This document shows positions 19,502-34,600 of a DNA stretch of 64,000 nt, one piece after another. The notes below the pieces were generated by a model. That model saw nothing but the letters and a program-made list of their open reading frames with translations, did no database searches and was not told the origin of the DNA. This DNA comes from Candidatus Oxydemutatoraceae bacterium. Lineage in GTDB: Bacteria > Pseudomonadota > Gammaproteobacteria > Poriferisulfidales > Oxydemutatoraceae. The stretch is taken from contig OZ244717.1 in assembly GCA_965218975.1 (NCBI GenBank), positions 1,792,001 through 1,856,000 of the forward strand, given 5' to 3'. Positions within the stretch are counted from its first letter, which is position 1. Every line of letters begins with the position of its first letter. A program made the translations under genes and the position numbers.

Positions 19502-19644
19502 ATCCGTCTCCTAACTGTTACGGATTGTTATATCTCGTTAGAAAACAAATATCTACAAGTTTTCACGGATTTTGCTACATAATTCCCTATTTTATCCGGC
19601 CTGAACCGTGCACCGGATACATACCGGACAGATCAATCTTAACC

Positions 19645-22600
19645 TCAACGTAATCTTTGAGGTAACAATCGCCGAATCGGTCTTACATTCCGGCGCTTCA
19701 AGACCATCGCCGCCAAAATGATACCGACGAACAGAAGCAGCCACCACAAGCCGACTGCACCGCCGCCACCGCCGACTCTTGCGACAAACTGCACCAACGC
19801 GCCCGGATCAAAGATAATCCCGTTGACTCTCCCGTCGGAGTCATTGACCGAACCGTCCTCAATTTCCAGCAGCAAACACTCATCGTCTGCACGAACACCG
19901 CCGGAGACCAATCGCCACGCATAGTCGGCACTCAGACCGCCGCCCGCATCTGGCTCGCGGCTGGCTTGCGCACTCGGACACGGCGCCGGCGCGCTGTAAA
20001 TCCTATCGTTGCTACTCGTATTGAATTCTGTCCAGCCGTCATCCGGTTGATACTTGTAGTAACGCGACCCTTCCTGCGCCGCCGCGGACAATTCAACCAC
20101 GACCGTCGCAACACCGCCGGTCAAATCGGCAGCGATGAAATCAAACACGCCGCTCTCTACCTCCGCAACTTCGCGACCGTCCGGTAACGGCGGAAGATTC
20201 AGAATCGCGTTGCTTGTGATACGCGCTACGCCGACGCTCGCTTCATCCGCTTGCTTGTAAGCGTAAAAACCGGTCAGCAATGTCCCCGTCGTTGCCAGCG
20301 TCAAGTCGGCATCAATCATGCCTAATTCATCCGCAACATCGCCGAGCGCATGAATACTTGCCGTCACTTCCTGATTCGTCGACATCATCACTTGAAAAAT
20401 GTACGGGCTGAAATCCGCATCTTCAAGCGAAATGACCCGCTCTTCACCTTCACGGTCAACAGCCTTAAGCTCATTGTCGCTCAAGTCAATGACCAATTCT
20501 CTTACCGCATCTTCGGACATGCCCGCCAACTCAAACATCGCCGTCGCTGTGCTATATACGAACACATCAACCATATAATCGTTCGTCAGCGTAATCGTCG
20601 TCACTTGATCAAACACAATCAACTCCGCCGACAGTCCCGGGTCCACAGACTCAATCGGATTGATACCCGCCTCTTTTGCCTCAATCAATCTCAGCGCATT
20701 GTTGCCCAACGCAAATAGCTCGTGCATGGTGAGCATCGCTTCGGTGACCGCGTTCAAATCAGAATCGGCGCCGCTAAAAGCAACTCCGTTGATTGCCGTA
20801 AGCCGAAGAATGTCTCCCGCCGACAATGTACCAATGTTTACCGTGCTCGTGCCGCGCCCGTCTTCAAAAGGAACGCTCGGACTAACCCCCGCTTCAAAAT
20901 CAAGATTGATTGAGCTCGGCACATCGGCATCGTCCGACGTTAATAACAGCACGTCAGCCGACGCGGTATCAGACGCAATCGCTTGCAAGCCGGAAGCGAA
21001 TCCGAGCGGCGGCGCGACATAAATCTTTTGGCTTGTTGCCCGAACAATCAGGCCATTGTCGTCTCTGACATCGGCCCAATACAACACGCTGCCGAATACC
21101 GGCGCCTGAACCGTCGAGTCTTCCGCCAACGGCCCGGACAAAACATCGCAGTCGAATTGATACGACGGTTCGCTCGCCACAGAATCATTGACAATACAAG
21201 CACGCAACGAAGGATTAAATCTGACCAACAAAGCAGTCGCATCAATGCTCGCGCCGTCGTTACGCTGGCCCGGAATGACGATATAGCGCTCGATTTCGGA
21301 CGGAATCACTGCGCCCGGAGTGAAATTTCCGAGGACTGCCGGCGTCAAATCAGCAATGCGTTCAACCGGACTGACGTCGCTGATGATCGTGAGCGTTTTT
21401 TTACCGATTGTATCGGCGCCATGCAATGCGGTTATCTCGATCGCTTCATCCGCCTCAATTTCCGTGTCGTCTGTTACCGTTATCGTCGCGGTTACCGAAG
21501 AGGCCCCCGCCAGCAAAGTCAACTCATACGGCGACGACAACGGCGAACCGTCAACCGATACCGTATAGTCGTCTTCAGGCGTTGCCGTGCCGGTAAACTC
21601 TAACGTGATCGTTTGATCCTCAGCAAATACCGATTCGTTCGTGATCTCTAGCGTAATATCAATTGATTCGCCTTCGTCAATCGTTACCGCGCTCACCGAT
21701 AAATCCAACTCCGGCACCGCATCGTTGTCGATGATCGTGACTGTTTGAACTTCGCCGATTGTGTCGGCACCATGTCGCGCGGTTAGTGTGATCGTCTCAT
21801 CCGCTTCGTCCGCTCGGTCGTCTGTCGCCATGATCGTTGCGGTTACCGAAGACAACCCCGCCGGCAAAGTCAACTCATACGGCGACGACAACAGCGAATC
21901 TCCGACCATTACCGTATAGTCGTCCTCAGGCGTCGCCTCGCCGGTAAACTCTAACGCGATCGTTTGATCTTCGGCAAATACCGATTCGTTCGTGATCTCT
22001 AGCGTAATATCAACCGATGCGCCTTCATTGATTTCGGTTGCGCCGACCGACAGGGACAATACCGGCGCATCATCGTTGTCGATGATCGTGACTGTTTGAA
22101 CTTCGCCGATTGTGTCGGCACCATGTCGCGCGGTTAGTGTGATCGTCTCATCCGCTTCGTCCGCTCGGTCGTCTGTCGCCATGATCGTTGCGCTTACCGA
22201 AGACAACCCCGCCGGCAAAGTCAACTCATACGGCGACGACAACAGCGAATCTCCGACCATTACCGTATAGTCGTCCTCAGGCGTCGCCTCGCCGGCAAAC
22301 TCTAATGTGATCGTTTGATCTTCGGCAAATACCGATTCGTTCGTGATCTCTACTACAACATCGGTTGATGCGCCTTCATTGATTTCGGTTGCGCCGACCG
22401 ACAGGGACAATACCGGCGCATCATCGTTGTCGATGATCGTGACTGTTTGAACTTCGCCGATTGTGTCGGTACCATGTCGCGCGGTTAGTGTGATCGTCTC
22501 ATCCGCTTCGTCCGCTCGGTCGTCTGTCGCCATGATCGTTGCGGTTACCGAAGACAACCCCGCCGGCAAAGTCAACTCATACGGCGACGACAACGGCGAA

Positions 22601-25600
22601 TCTCCGACCATTACCGTATAGTCGTCCTCAAGCATCGCATCGCCGGCAAACTCTAACGTGATCGTTTGATCTTCGGCATATACCGACTCGTTCGTGATTC
22701 CCACTTCAATATCAGTCAATGCGCCTTCATTGATTGCGGTTGCACCGACCGTCAGAGACAATACCGGCGTCGTATCGTCGTCAATGAGCGTGATCGTCTG
22801 AGTCGTATCGCTGCCTATCGTAACGTCCGGGTCCGTCGTAGTTAATCGCAGCTCAATCGTCTCGGCTCCCTCAAACACCGCGTCGTCCATTATCACTAAG
22901 CCGAATACGACCGTTCTATCTGACGGCGCAGGGAATGTAAGCGGTAGCGCGAACGGACCGTCCTGCATATCCGTGATGACGTAGTCTTCGCCGAACGTCG
23001 CCGTCCCCCCCAACTCAAGCGTCAGCGGATATTCCCTGTCAATATCATGCATCCGCCTCATCACAATCGGCACCACTGTGTCCCTACTTTCACTGACACT
23101 ACTCGGCAACATGTCCAAACTCCAGATAGGAGGCAAATCGTCATCAATGATGGTAACCGTCGCTACGCGCCCCTGACCGGTCACCACCTCATCGTCGCTA
23201 TGAAACGTCGTTACACCGGAAATCCTCAACGAAAAGAATTCTTCGGTTTCGAAGACATCGTCATCGATAATGAAATACTGCACAGTTCTCATCAGAACTG
23301 ATATAGGAGTATAGATAGTAACACTAACTCTCGGGGAATAATCCTCATGAAGGACCGCGCTGCCGTCGCTTGCCGTTAAGTCAACGTTTATATTGCCGCG
23401 CAGCGGTCTTTCGTCGCTCAGTCTGAGTTCGAACCTTACCTCTCTATCGCTTTCATTGACCATATACTCGGTCGTGACGAACGAGATCGTTAACGGCCCG
23501 TCGTTGTCGTTCACCCGCACCTCGGCACTATTCTCAATACCGACCGCATAATCCACACCGTCGTTCACGGTAACCGTCACCGTGCTGTCGTCTTCTTCAA
23601 GCGTATCATCAATGGTGGCAAGGTTGAGCACCGTTGTCGCAGAATCGGCGTCAAAAGTAATCGTATCAGGCGCCGCATCCGCAAGCACTCCGCCGGAATC
23701 GTCTACCGTAATGTTCACCGTCAATGCCAGCGCATCCGTCGCGTCGGTCCGGGTGAACGTGAACATCGCCGGCTCGCCTTCCGTGACCGTCGGGTCTTCC
23801 GCCGTAATCGTGATCGTCGTCGGCACATCAAGCACCGTCACCGTAATCGCTTGCGTCGTCGTCAACGCCCGAGCGTCCGTGCCGCCGATTGCCGTCACGG
23901 TGAGCATATAAACGTTATCCGTATCATCCGCATCCACCGGATTCTCATAGTCCGGTACGGTGACAAAACTCAACTTGCCCGAAGACGAATCAATAGTAAA
24001 CTGATCTTGATCCGCGCCGTTGGTAATCGAATACGTCACTTCGTCCTCTATGTTCGCATCCGCAGCCGTCACCGTGCCGACTACCGTCTCTCCTTCGTTG
24101 ACCTCAAAACTTTCCGCACTGCTGAATACCGGTGCCACGTTGACGTCAATCACCCGCACCTCGGCGCTATTCTCAATACCGACCTCATAACCCACACCGT
24201 CGTTCACGGTAACCATCACCGTTCTGACACCAAACGCCTCATCAATGACGGTGGCAAGGCTAAGCACCGTTCTCGCAGAACCGGCGTCAAAAGTCGCCAT
24301 ACCAGGCAGCGCAGTCGCAAGCGCTCTGGCAGGATCATCTACCGTAATGTTCACCGTCAATGCCGGCGCATCCGTCGCGTCGGTCCGACTGAATGTAAAC
24401 ACCGCCGACTCGCCTTCCGTGACCTCTGCTTTGTCCGCCGTAATCGTGACCGTCGTCGGCACATCAAGCACCGTCACCGTAATCTCTTGCGTCGTCGTCA
24501 ACGCTCGAGCGTCCGTGCCGCCGATTGCCGTCACGATGAGCATATAAACGTTATCCGTATCCGCATCCGCCGCATTCTCAAAGTCCGGCGCGGTGACGAA
24601 ACTCAATTCACCTGAAGACGAGTCAATTGCAAACAGAGCATCATCCGCCCCGCCGGTAACCGAATACATCACCTCGTCTTCTATGTTCGCATCCGCAGCC
24701 GTCACCGTGCCGACTACCGTCTCCCCTTCGTTGACCGCAAAACTTGCTGCACTGGTGAATGCCGGCGCCACGTTGACGTCGTTGTCGACAACCCGCACCT
24801 CGGCACTATTCTCAATACCGACCGCATAATCCATATCGCCTATGACGGTAACCGTCACCGTGCTGTCGTCTTCTTCAAGCGTATCGTCGTCGGTGGCAAG
24901 ACTGAGCTCCGCTGTCGCAGAATCGGCGTCAAAAGTCACCATTTCAGGTGCCGCTGCCGCAAGCACCCCGTCGGAATCATCTACCGTAATGTTCACTGTC
25001 AATGCCGGCGCATCCGTCGCGTCGGTCCGGCTGAACGTGAACACCGCCGGCTCGCCTTCCGTGACCTCTGCATCGTCCGCCGTAATCGTGATCGTCGTAG
25101 CCACATCAAGCACCGTCACCGTAATCGCTTGCGTCGTCGTCAACGCTCGAACGTCCGTGCCGCCGGCCGCCGTCACGATGAGCATATAAACGTTATCCGT
25201 ATCCGCATCCGCCGGATTCTCATAGTCCGGTGCGGTGGCGAAACTCAACTCGCCCGAAGACGAGTCAATTGCAAACAGAGCATCATCCGCACCGTCGCCG
25301 GTAACCGAATACATCACCTCGTCTTCTATGTTCGCATCCGCAGCCGTCACCGTGCCGACTACCGTCTCCCCTTCGTTGACCGCAAAACTTGCTGCACTGG
25401 TGAATGCCGGCGCCACGTTGACGTCGTTGTCGACAACCCGCACCGAAGCACTGTTCTCAATACCGACTTCATAAAAACCCGTATCGTCGACACCAACGGT
25501 AACCGTCACCGTGCTGTCGTCTTCTTCAAGCGTATCATCAATGGTGGCAAGACTGAGCTCCGCTGTCGCAGAACCGGCGTCAAAAGTCACCATTTCAGGT

Positions 25601-28600
25601 GCCGCTGCCGCAAGCACCCCGTCGGGATCATCTACCGTAATGTTCACCGTCAATGCAGGCGCATCCGTCGCGTCGGTCCGGCTGAACGTGAACATCGCCG
25701 GCTCGCCTTCCGTGACCGTCGGCTCTGCCGCCGTAATCGTAATCGTCGTAGGCACATCAAGCACCGTCACCGTAATCGCTTGCGTCGTCGTCAACGCCCG
25801 AGCACCCGTGCCGCCGGCCGCCGTCACGATGAGCATATAAACGTTATCCGTATCCGCATCCGCCGGATTCTCATAGTCCGGTGCAGTTGTGAAGCTCAGT
25901 TCGCCCGAAGACGAGTCGATATCAAACAGGGCATCATCCGCACCGCCGGTAACCGAATACGTTACCTCGTCTTGCGGGTTCGCATCCGCAGCCGTCACCG
26001 TGCCGACTACCGTCTCCCCTTCGTTGACATCAAAACTTGCTGCACTGATGAATGCCGGCGCCACGTTAACGTCGTTGTCGACAACCCGCACCGAAGCACT
26101 GTTCTCAATACCGATCCTATAGCCCGCACCGTCTATGATGGTAACCGTCACTACGCTGTCATCTTCTTCAAGCGTATCATCAATGGTGGCAAGGCTAAGC
26201 ACCGTTCTCGCAGAACCGGCGTCAAAAGTCACCATACCAGGCGCCGCATCCGCAAGCACCCCGTCGGGATCATCTACCGTAATGTTCACCGTCAATGCAA
26301 GCGCATCCGTCGCGTCGGTCCGGCTGAACGTGAACATCGCCGGCTCGCCTTCCGTTACCATCGGCTCGTCTGCCGTAATCGTGATCGTCGTCGGCACATC
26401 AAGCACCGTCACCGTAATCTCTTGCGTTGTTGTCAACGCCCGAACGTCCGTGCCGCCGGCCGCCGTCACAATGAGCATATAAACGTTATCCGTATCCGCA
26501 TCCGCTGCATTCTCATAGTCCGGTGCGGTGGCGAAACTCAATTCGCCCGAAGACGAGTCAATTGCAAACAGAGCATCATCCGCCCCGCCGGTAACCGAAT
26601 ACATCACCTCGTCTTCTATGTTCGCATCCGCAGCCGTCACCGTGCCGATTGCCGTCTGTCCTTCGTTGACCTCAAAACTTTCCGCACTGCTGAATACCGG
26701 TGCCACGTTGACGTCAATCACCCGCACCTCGGCGCTATTCTCAATACCGACCTCATAATCCACACCGTCGTTCACGGTAACCATCACCGTTCTGACACCA
26801 AACGCCTCATCAATGACGGTGGCAAGGCTAAGCACCGTTCTCGCAGAATCGGCAGCAAAAGTCACCGTATTAGGCGCCGCTGCCGCAAGCACTCCGTCGG
26901 GATCATCTACCGTAATGTTCACCGTCAATGCCAGCGCATCCGTCGAGTCGGTCCGCTCAAACACGAACACCGCAGGCTCGCCTTCTGTTACCGCCGGCTC
27001 CTCTGCCGTAACCGTGATCGTAGTAGCCACATCAAGCACCATCACCGTAATCGCTTGCGTCGTCGTCAACGCCCGAACACCCGTGCCGCCGATTGCCGTC
27101 ACGATGAGCATATAAACGTTATCCGTATCCGCATCCGCCGGATTCTCATAGTTCGGTGCGGTGGCAAAACTCAACTCACCCGAAGACGGGTCAATGGTGA
27201 ACAGGGTGCCATCCGCACCGCCGGTAACCGAATACATCACCTCGTCTTCTATGTTCGCATCCGCAGCTGTCACCGTGCCCACTACCGTCTCCCCTTCGTT
27301 GACATCAAAACTTGCTGCACTGATGAATGCCGGCGCCACGTTGGCGCTGATATCAACGATGGTCACCGTTCGAACGACCGCATCGCCCGCATAGCTCGCA
27401 GTCACCTCAATCGTCTCATCCGCCTCCGCTTCCGCATCGTTCAAGGTCGCAATCATCGCCGTTACCACGGATGCCTCCGCCGCCAAAGTCAACTCAAACG
27501 GCGGCAACAACGGCGCGCCTTTGACCGATAACGTATAGTCCGCCTCGTCTCCGCGCGTTGCCGTGCCGGCAAACTCCAACGTAACCGTCCGCTCTGTCGT
27601 CGATAGAAATTCCTCGCGGATGCTCACCGTGATCTCAGCCGATGCGCCTTCCGCTATGCTTGCCGGGCGAATCGACAAATCCAATGCCGACAGAGGATCA
27701 TCGTCGATGATGGTTACCATTGCCGTGCTGCGATCAATCACGACCGTATCGCCGCTGCCTGTCGCCGTCGCCCTGGACACCGCTGCCATAAACGTTTCCT
27801 TGCCTTCGCCGAGACGATCATTCACGATCGGTATATAAACCGCGCGCAACACTTCGCTGCCGTCCGCGGAAACCGGTGAGAAAAAGCCCGGCGGCCCGAC
27901 GACTTCCTCAAAAAGAGGCGGCAAATAATCTTCTACGGCTACCGCGCCGATGTCTTGCGTTGAGACAAAGAAGGTAATGTCGTCTCGCGGCGCACGCCCG
28001 CCGGTTATCTTGAGCATCAGGGTTACCAATCCGTCATCCTCGCGCGCCGAATATGCGCTGCGCTCAAACGACAGACGGAACTCTTCTTCCGGCGTCATCG
28101 CCGTGACTCGCGCCGGTGCGCTGCCGCCTGCTGCGCTGACTGCGCGCACTTCAAAAACATACTCGGTGCCGCCGGTTAAGTCTGTCACCGCTTGAACCGT
28201 CATCCGAGTCGCCGCATCCGCAGCATGCGTCCAATCCGGATCCCAGACTTTTCCGCCGTCGCTGCTCGCACGATACTCGTAACGATTGATCGGCGAAGTG
28301 CCGGAGTCGGCAGGTGCTTCCCAGCTCAACTCTACCCGTTGATGACTCTCCACCGCTGCCGCCAAGTTCGTCGGTGTGCCGGGTGCTGCGTCGTTGTCAA
28401 TAATCGTTACTTTCAACGTGCTGGCGGCTCCGACAGTAATAGCTTTACCTCTGTTTGGCAATAATTCCAGGATGAAAAACTCATTGCCTTCCGCCGACAA
28501 ATCGTCTTCGGTCGTGAGCACGCGCTGTACTCCCGGCAGAGTCTCAAGAAGAGAAGGGTTGCACCCTTGCTGAGGAAAGAAACCAAAACCGTCCGTTTGC

Positions 28601-31600
28601 CCGTCGGCACCTGTTGCCGACAAAACACAGCTGCCCTCGCCGGCATATATGTTCTCAAACGTAAACGTGCCTCGGAATCGGTATCCGCTGCCGTCGTCGG
28701 ATAAAATGTATCCCGATGCGAAGAGCGTAAAGAAGATCCCACCACTTCTGGTGATGTTTAAGCCGAAATAGTCGCTCGGACTTACGGCGCTACCGTCCAT
28801 CGTGCGAATATGAATGCCTGGATATCCGAAAATCAGTATGTCACCAAGGGTCTCAGCAAAGATTGTAATCGGGTAAGCCTCGCCTTCATTGATTGTTATC
28901 TCCGTTTGCGCAAAACTTAAAGTTTGAGGGATGATATCGTCATCAGACACGCTCAAAACCGCGCTGCTTGCCGGTGGCGAAACGATATAGCCGGCGCCGG
29001 GCAACAGCATTATGGTTATAAACTGCGCCGGTTCGGGGTCATCGTTATCTCTAATACGGACCGGCAGTTCCGCCGTCGGTTCGCCGGCGGCGAAAACCAC
29101 CGTGCGCGTCGTTACTTCAAAGGTATAGGGACGTAAACCGGTGAGAAAGATATCACCGTCGGCGAAGGTCACCGTGCGCGTCGTCCCTTCCGGCAGCGGC
29201 AGCCGCACATCCGGTCGCGACACTGTCACGTCCACCGACAACACTTCGTCTCCGCCGCCGGTGCGCCGCAAAGTAAAAACGCCGCGACCGGCATTTTCAA
29301 GTTCAGTAAGACGAGAAGGTGAAATCGATATCTCGGGCAAGACGCCGACCGTCAGTGTCGCGGGGTCAATCGTCGCGTTGGCAGCGGTGATTGTCGCGGT
29401 CAACGTGCCGGGCCTCGCCTCAAGCGTCGCGTCCAAACGCACTTCGGCCGTCATGTTCTGCGCGGTGAACATTACCGGCGACAGCGTCATTATTCCCGCT
29501 TCCGTATAGGAAAACTCCACGCTCAGACGCTCGTCTTCGCCCAGCGCCGAGAGACCCAGCGGTGTCTCATTCGCAGTCAGAGACAATACCACCGTTGTCG
29601 AACCGCCCACGTCCAGTGTTTGATTGTCCGGGGCGAATGCCAGCGTGAATTTGCGCGCGACCGTTTCCACCGACAGCGGAGCGGACAACGTAGCGACTTC
29701 GTCGGCCAATTCGGAGGTAATGACCACTTCGCCGATTGCAGGAGCAGTGTAAGGCGCGGTAATGGTAAACAAGGCGCTCGACATCGTCGGCGTCAGCGTG
29801 AATTCGGTCGCGCTGAGCTCGAACTGCGTCGACTCCAACGTTACGGTAATGCTTTGCTCCGCCGGCATGCCGTCCGGGGTTTGCATCACCAAATACACTT
29901 CTGTCGAAGCACCGGCAAGTACCTGCGCCGTGTCGCCTGCTCCGATCGGTTGATCCGGCGATAGCGCAAACGCGACCGCATCGTTGTCAATAATGATGAC
30001 TGTTAACGTGTCGTTTTCGATACGTAGGGGTCGGCTAGGGGAATCAGATATTAAGTTTTCTAGAATAAAATCCTCGTTTTTCTCTGCCGACAGATCGTCT
30101 TCTGTGGATAAGAATCCTCCCTTGGTGGGCAAACCATCTTCATCAACGGCATTGATTATATTGCCGGAAATCCTGTCAGAAAAGCCGGTATTATCCTCCT
30201 CCAACGTAACTAAAATGATACCCTCGCCTACGTTCTCAAATATGAATGTGCCTTTGTATATGTATCCGCCGTTCCCGTCAGGGGATCGTGAGAAACCCCG
30301 TCCAACTACTCTGATCTCAAAGGACGTTGTAATCTGAGGGTTATAATCGTAGTCGTCCGGCGCCGTCGCGGTGCCGTCTCTTATGTCCCCAATTATCACA
30401 AATTCATTCTCTGATAATGCTGCTAGCTGTTCGTCGCGAACTGTCGCACAGGAGACTCTAAGCCTATAATTCTCACCTTCGATGACTTCAATGCGCGTCG
30501 TCGCAAAGCCGCAAACCGTCTCGGGCAAGTCGTCATCACGCACGGTAACTTCAGCGCTTTGCGCCATCGGTGCAATCGTATAATCCGCGCTAGGCAACAG
30601 CGTCGCAGTCTGCGTCGTATCCGGATTCCATCCGTCTATTTCAACGGTATCAACCTGAAACTCTTTTACCGCCGCACCGTCGGCGAAAGTGACCGTGCGC
30701 GTTGCGGACTCTCCCAATCGCTCACCGGCCAGCGCCACCATGACTTCCAATCGTCCGATGCTGTCCGTACGTCGTAATTCAAAGAAAGGACCAAACGCTT
30801 CCCTAACAAGTTCGCCGCCGACAGATCCAGAAAATAAGGGATCCATCCGCTGCGGCGCCACAAAAATCCCCACTGTCGGCACGATGTCAATCGGCAACTC
30901 CAACTCAACCACCGCGTTCGGCGTGTCTATGACCGTCGCGGTCAAGGTGCCGGTGGTCGCGTCAACCGCCGCTTCCATAAAAATCAGCTCGAATAAGTCA
31001 TCTTGAGCGAACGTCGCTGTTGACGGTTCGATCATTACGCCCTCGCCCGTATAGGAGAACGCCACCGTCAAAACCTCGTCTTCGCCCAGCATCGGAATAC
31101 CCAACGGCGTCTCGATTGCGCTCAGAGACAAATCGAACGACTCCGAAACGCCGCCGGCGATCAGCGACAAGCCGTCCACTGAAAATTCCAGCGCAAACGG
31201 ACGTGCGACCACTTCCACCGGCAACGGTTCAAGCGACAGCGTCCCTTCTCTCCCGTCTCCGATCGCAGTGCTAACCTCGATGGTCACTTCGCCGGTCGTG
31301 GCGGCATCGTAAGGCACGTTAACGGTAAACGGCATGCTCGGTGCCGCCGACGTCAGCGTGAACTCGGTCGCATCGAGCTCAAACTGCGCCGACCTCAACG
31401 TCACTCGATCGTCCGGTATCGATAGGAGCGCCATAAGCTCCTCCGAAACATTTAAGGGCCGCATCACCACATACAACTGTGTCGATGTGCCGGCAAGCAC
31501 CCGCAGCGTGTCACCTTCGCCTAAGGGTTGATCGGGCGATACGGCAAACGCGACCCGATCCTTGTCGAGGACAAAAATTTCAAAAGTGGACAGAGAAAAC

Positions 31601-34600
31601 AACTCTCCGACACCCAAGAAAGATAATGCGTATACGCCGCTTTCCGTCAACTCGACTTCGTCATCTTCCTGTATAACTATCGCGGCAGTTGCAGTTAATG
31701 AGGACTGCCCCGACGCCAGAACCACATTCTCCGCTAATCCCGTTATGTCAAACTCATTCCCCAGCGTCAAACCCGTACGTAGCCCTCGACTCCCACTTGC
31801 GCGGAAAGTAAACTCAAGCGCTTGATTCTTCTCAAGTACGACCCCGTTCGTGATTTCCACTATAATGTCCGCCGATGCGCCTTCTGCGATGATCTGCGGG
31901 TCAATTGACAACTCCCAGACCGGCTCCGGTTCGTTATCGGTGATAGTGACCGTCGCTTCGAGTTCGGGTATTGTGACTCTTCTGTCTTGGTCTCGCAGCG
32001 TCTTCAATACAACGGAGAAAGATTGATTCCTTTCATAGACTGCGTCGTCAAGCAGCGGAATCGTAATGGTTTGCTCGGTCTCGCCTGCAGCGAACGTCAG
32101 CGCTCCGCTCATGGCAACATAGTCCGACCCCGCAAGCGCGCTGCCGTCTTGAGTCCGGTAGTTCATTGTCCAAGAAAATGGTAATTCTATGCTCAGAGTT
32201 AGCGTAAGTTCGGCGGCTGAGGCGCCCTCATCCACAGTCGTCTCGCCGGCGACAAAGCGCACTTCCGCTGCATCCCGATCAATGATGCGTACGATGTGCG
32301 AGGCGGAATCAATCGTCGCGTTGTTCGCATTGCTCAGACGAACGGTGAACGTTTCCAAAGACTCAAGGAACGGATCGGCTATCAGCGGAATCACAATTGT
32401 TTTCTCTGTCTCGCCCGGCGCGAATATCAGCGTTCCGCTCGCAGCCTCATAGTCCACCCCCGCAAGCGCCGTACCGTCCGCAGTCACATAATCCACTGTG
32501 ATTGTCTCCTCGCTCACGATCGTCTTTCCACCTGCTTGATCCTTCAACATCAGTTCAACTTCCACCCTACCTCTTTCTTCGACTATGAAAGTAGTCTCTT
32601 CGGCAAAACTGATAACCGGCAGATCGTCGTCGGCGACCTCGACCGAGGCGAACACCGGATCAATCAGCAGATAGCCGTTCCCTGCTTCTATTTGCGCGGT
32701 GACGGTGCCGGTCGATTCAAACGTTTCATCTGCAGCCGTCTCGACCATCAGTATCGCCTCGGCCTCGTTCGCGGCGAATATGACACTCGTCGGAGGCCTA
32801 TACGAATCCTCGCTCCGGATCACTTCACCTTCTTGGCTCACATTGACATTGACGGTCAACGGCACATGCATCAGCGCTATCCGACTTAATCTGAACATCG
32901 CAGGCATGCCTTCCGCCACTTGCGCTTTAACCGCCGTCATCTCGATGAGCGGCAGGCTCTCATCCAAATCCGTTACGACAAAGGTAAGCTCCCGCACCGC
33001 CGTCACCGCCCGATCTGCAGCGGTGTGTCCGATCGCCGTTACCGTGACGACATACTCGTTGTTCATCGCGGCATTGATCGGATCCGTGCCGGCGACGTCC
33101 GTCGGATTCTCAAAATCCGGCGCCGTGAAACTCAACTCACCTGTCGCCGGATCAATTTCAAACAACGCTTGATCCGCACCGCCGGTGATTGCATAGCGCA
33201 GGTCTTCCGAGCCCTCTGTAACGAGGCTCACCGTCGTCGTCTGCCTTTCGCCGATAGTGAATCTCTCAAGGGTATCGTTGTCGGCGAGCGTGATTGTTTG
33301 GATCGTATTGTTGCCTAACAGGACGTTCGGGTCGGTCGTGCTCAAATGTATCTCAATCGTCTCGTCTCCCTCCACCGCCGCATCGTCCGTTATTATCAGG
33401 CGGGCTTCAAGTATTCTTTCTTCAAAGCGATGCGGCGCATTGAATGTAAGCGGCAACGCCAACGGATTGCCCGCTATATCCGTGATGACGTAGTCGGCGC
33501 CGAATGTCGCCGTTCCTCCCAACTCAAGCGTCAGCGGATGCCCGCGGTCAATATGACCTATCGTGCGCTGCATCACAATCGACACGGTACTCGCGCTTTC
33601 ACCGACAGAACTCGGCAATCTTCCCAATCTCCAAACCGGCATCCGGCCACCATCAACGATGGTAACCGTCGCTTCGCCTCGATCAATCACGACCGTATCG
33701 GCAGAATCTGCCGCCGTTACAGCGTCAATAACTACCGAAAAGATCTCATCGTCGGGTTCAAAAATGATGTCAGTGGTAATCTGAACCGTCACCGTTTGCG
33801 ACGATTCGGTCACGCCTGCTTCGGGTGAAAAGACAACTCCTGCCATATTGCCAATGCTAAGGCGGGTGTAATCCGAAAGAGTCGCGCTGCCGTCTCGTGT
33901 CAAGACAGTCACAGTCACATCGTCCTGCAGCAGCACACGCCCGGCGCTGATCAGTTTAAGCGTTAGGGTGACTTGCCTGTCTCTTTCAGTGATCGTATAT
34001 TCGCTCGGGTCAAACGTCAGGATGAATACCGCTTCCGCATCGGCATTCGGCGCCGCTGTGACTTCTGCGGTTGTGCCGTTGCCCACCGCGCTGACTGCGC
34101 GCACTTGGAATATGTATGTCATATCATTGGTTAAATCGGATACGATTTGAGCCCTGACCTGACCCGTCGCATCGCCGGCGATGCTCCATTTCTGATCCTC
34201 AATCGTTGCGGTGTCGGTGCTTGCGCGATATTCGTAACGTTCGATCGGTGAAGTGCCGGGGTCGGCAGGCGTATCCCAACTTAGGACCGCGTACGTATCG
34301 CCTGCCTCGGCGGCTAAGTTCGCCGGCGCACCGGCGACGCTGTCGTTGTCGATAATGATGACTGTTAACGTGTCGTTTTCGATACGTGTGGGTCCACCAA
34401 CTCTCTCGTTATCTATGAGGATGAGTTTTAAGCTGAAATCCTCGTTGTCTTCCACTAATAAATCGTCTTTCGTTGAGAACAGCCCTTCTCCGAGATTATC
34501 TCCCTCAATAAAGGAGAGATGAGTAGAACCAGTAGAAAAAAGCGACTCCCCAGTATTCTCCGATATGGATACAATCATGTTTCCCGTATTCTTGAACGTG

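Larger units (their letters stand above)
16924..19587 (-). mobile_element. IS1595-family element carrying a type II R-M operon
   Basis: 24-bp terminal IRs GGGAATTAT(A/G)TAGCAAAATCCGTG at 16924-16947 and 19564-19587; 8-bp TSD TATTTTAT at 16916-16923 and 19588-19595. Confidence 0.93.

Noticed and set aside
23851-27531. Long plus-strand ORFs (800 aa, 254 aa and many others) opposite the adhesin
   Set aside because: Antisense shadows of a repetitive, codon-biased gene; Arg/His/Ile-rich low-information translations
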